From contig NC_068982.1 of assembly GCF_001194135.2 (NCBI RefSeq), positions 100,408,081 to 100,445,510 of the forward strand: DNA of 37,430 bases, in the 5' to 3' direction. Source of the stretch: Octopus bimaculoides (lineage: Eukaryota). The translations under genes and the position numbers were made by a program. A model generated the notes under the pieces. It was not told the DNA's origin. It ran no database searches and worked only from the letters and a program-made list of their open reading frames with translations. Of the stretch, positions 36,508-37,430 are shown in pieces (the stretch's first letter is position 1; every line of letters starts with the position of its first letter).

Positions 36508-36930
36508 CAGGGTGGTTGGACTAAATCTGTTCCTTTTTTAGGAACAGCTTGATGTATTGGTGAACATTCAACGGTGGTGGAGAGTATGAAGTTTAAAGTT
36601 GTAGTTGAGAAAAGAGTTAGCTGACATGGTTGACTGGGATCCATCTGAACATTGGAAAACGGTTACCTGTATAACGATGCCGACAGCATGACTTCAGCTC
36701 AATGCTTTGTGAACACTGTAAAGGCTATAAGACGTTACATGGACACTATGAAAACCAGGTCCCCCCAGGCTGTGATGGTTTTCTGGTGGGTCTCCAGTAA
36801 GGGTGACGTCATATGGCTTCACATCTTTGAACAAAACTTTAGGATCAATTCAGACGGCTATGTTAAGCTGCTGGTCAATCCTTGACTGGAGAGGGTTGCT
36901 GCTGGAAGGCCATATGTGTGGCAGTAGAAT
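36508..36930 (+). mobile_element. Internally deleted Tc1/mariner DD37D (maT-like) element
   Basis: Starts TA|CAGGGTGG; encodes MKTRSPQAVMVFWWVSSKGDV...RINSDGYVKLL...VAAGRPYVWQ up to the second catalytic D region. Confidence 0.75.
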
Positions 36931-37125
36931 CTGTTTGCCACCCGGATAAAACGCTTAGCAGTATTTCGTCTGGCTTTTCGTTCCGAGTTCAAATTCTGCC
37001 GAGGTCGACTTTAACTCTCATCCATTTCGGGATTGATAAAACATGTACCAGTCAAGTACTGGAACCGAGGCAATCAACTAATTGCCTCTCTAAGTCTTGT
37101 GCCTATATCAGGAAGGATTATAACT
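36930..37125 (+). mobile_element. Family A SINE truncating the DD37D element
   Basis: CGCTTAGCAGTATTTCG...GAGTTCAAATTCTGCCGAGGTCGACTTT...GATAAAAC. Confidence 0.75.
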
Positions 37126-37342
37126 ATCAACAACAGAAACAATCATGTTCTCTACTGACTTTTCATTATCATTTCCCATTCCACTTGTTTCAAGCAAGGG
37201 TTGAGCTTCTATGTAATAAGCACTATGAGCATAGAAAAAAAAATCCAACTCAAAGAAGTGTAAATTGAAGTTCTCGGACGCAAGGAATAGCTGCCAATAT
37301 CAACGATAAACACACATATCACATATATACATGCATTGCATG

Positions 37343-37393
37343 TATATACTCTTTTATTTGTTTCAGTCATGTGACTGTGGCCATGCTGGAGCA

Positions 37394-37395
<2 letters not shown>
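37343..37395 (-). mobile_element. SINE family B-type 3' end
   Basis: Minus-strand GGTGCTCCAGCATGGCCACAGTCACATGACTGAAACAAATAAAAGAG. Confidence 0.7.

Positions 37396-37430
<35 letters not shown>

Overview
AT-rich, repeat-dense eukaryotic genomic DNA with assembly gaps and many microsatellites. The SINE families look like those I recall from octopus genomes, so an octopod/coleoid origin is inferred, not proven. Most of the window is decayed transposons: Penelope-like elements (PLEs), RTE LINEs, R4/Dong-like and HERO-like RLE LINEs, Tc1/mariner, Merlin, a hAT MITE and three SINE families. Hidden among them is a spliced minus-strand gene missed by the ORF track. Four phase-compatible exons (23208-23155, 21438-21341, 5907-5748, 3754-3619) encode a short, charged protein I cannot identify. 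The most notable signals are five minimal type I hammerhead-ribozyme-like motifs tied to three PLE-related repeat families (two in an inverted pseudo-LTR pair at the 5' end of a 2.1 kb PLE), head-to-head SINE pairs able to form long dsRNA, and a ~400 bp fold-back. All calls were made by eye without alignment tools, and TE boundaries are approximate.
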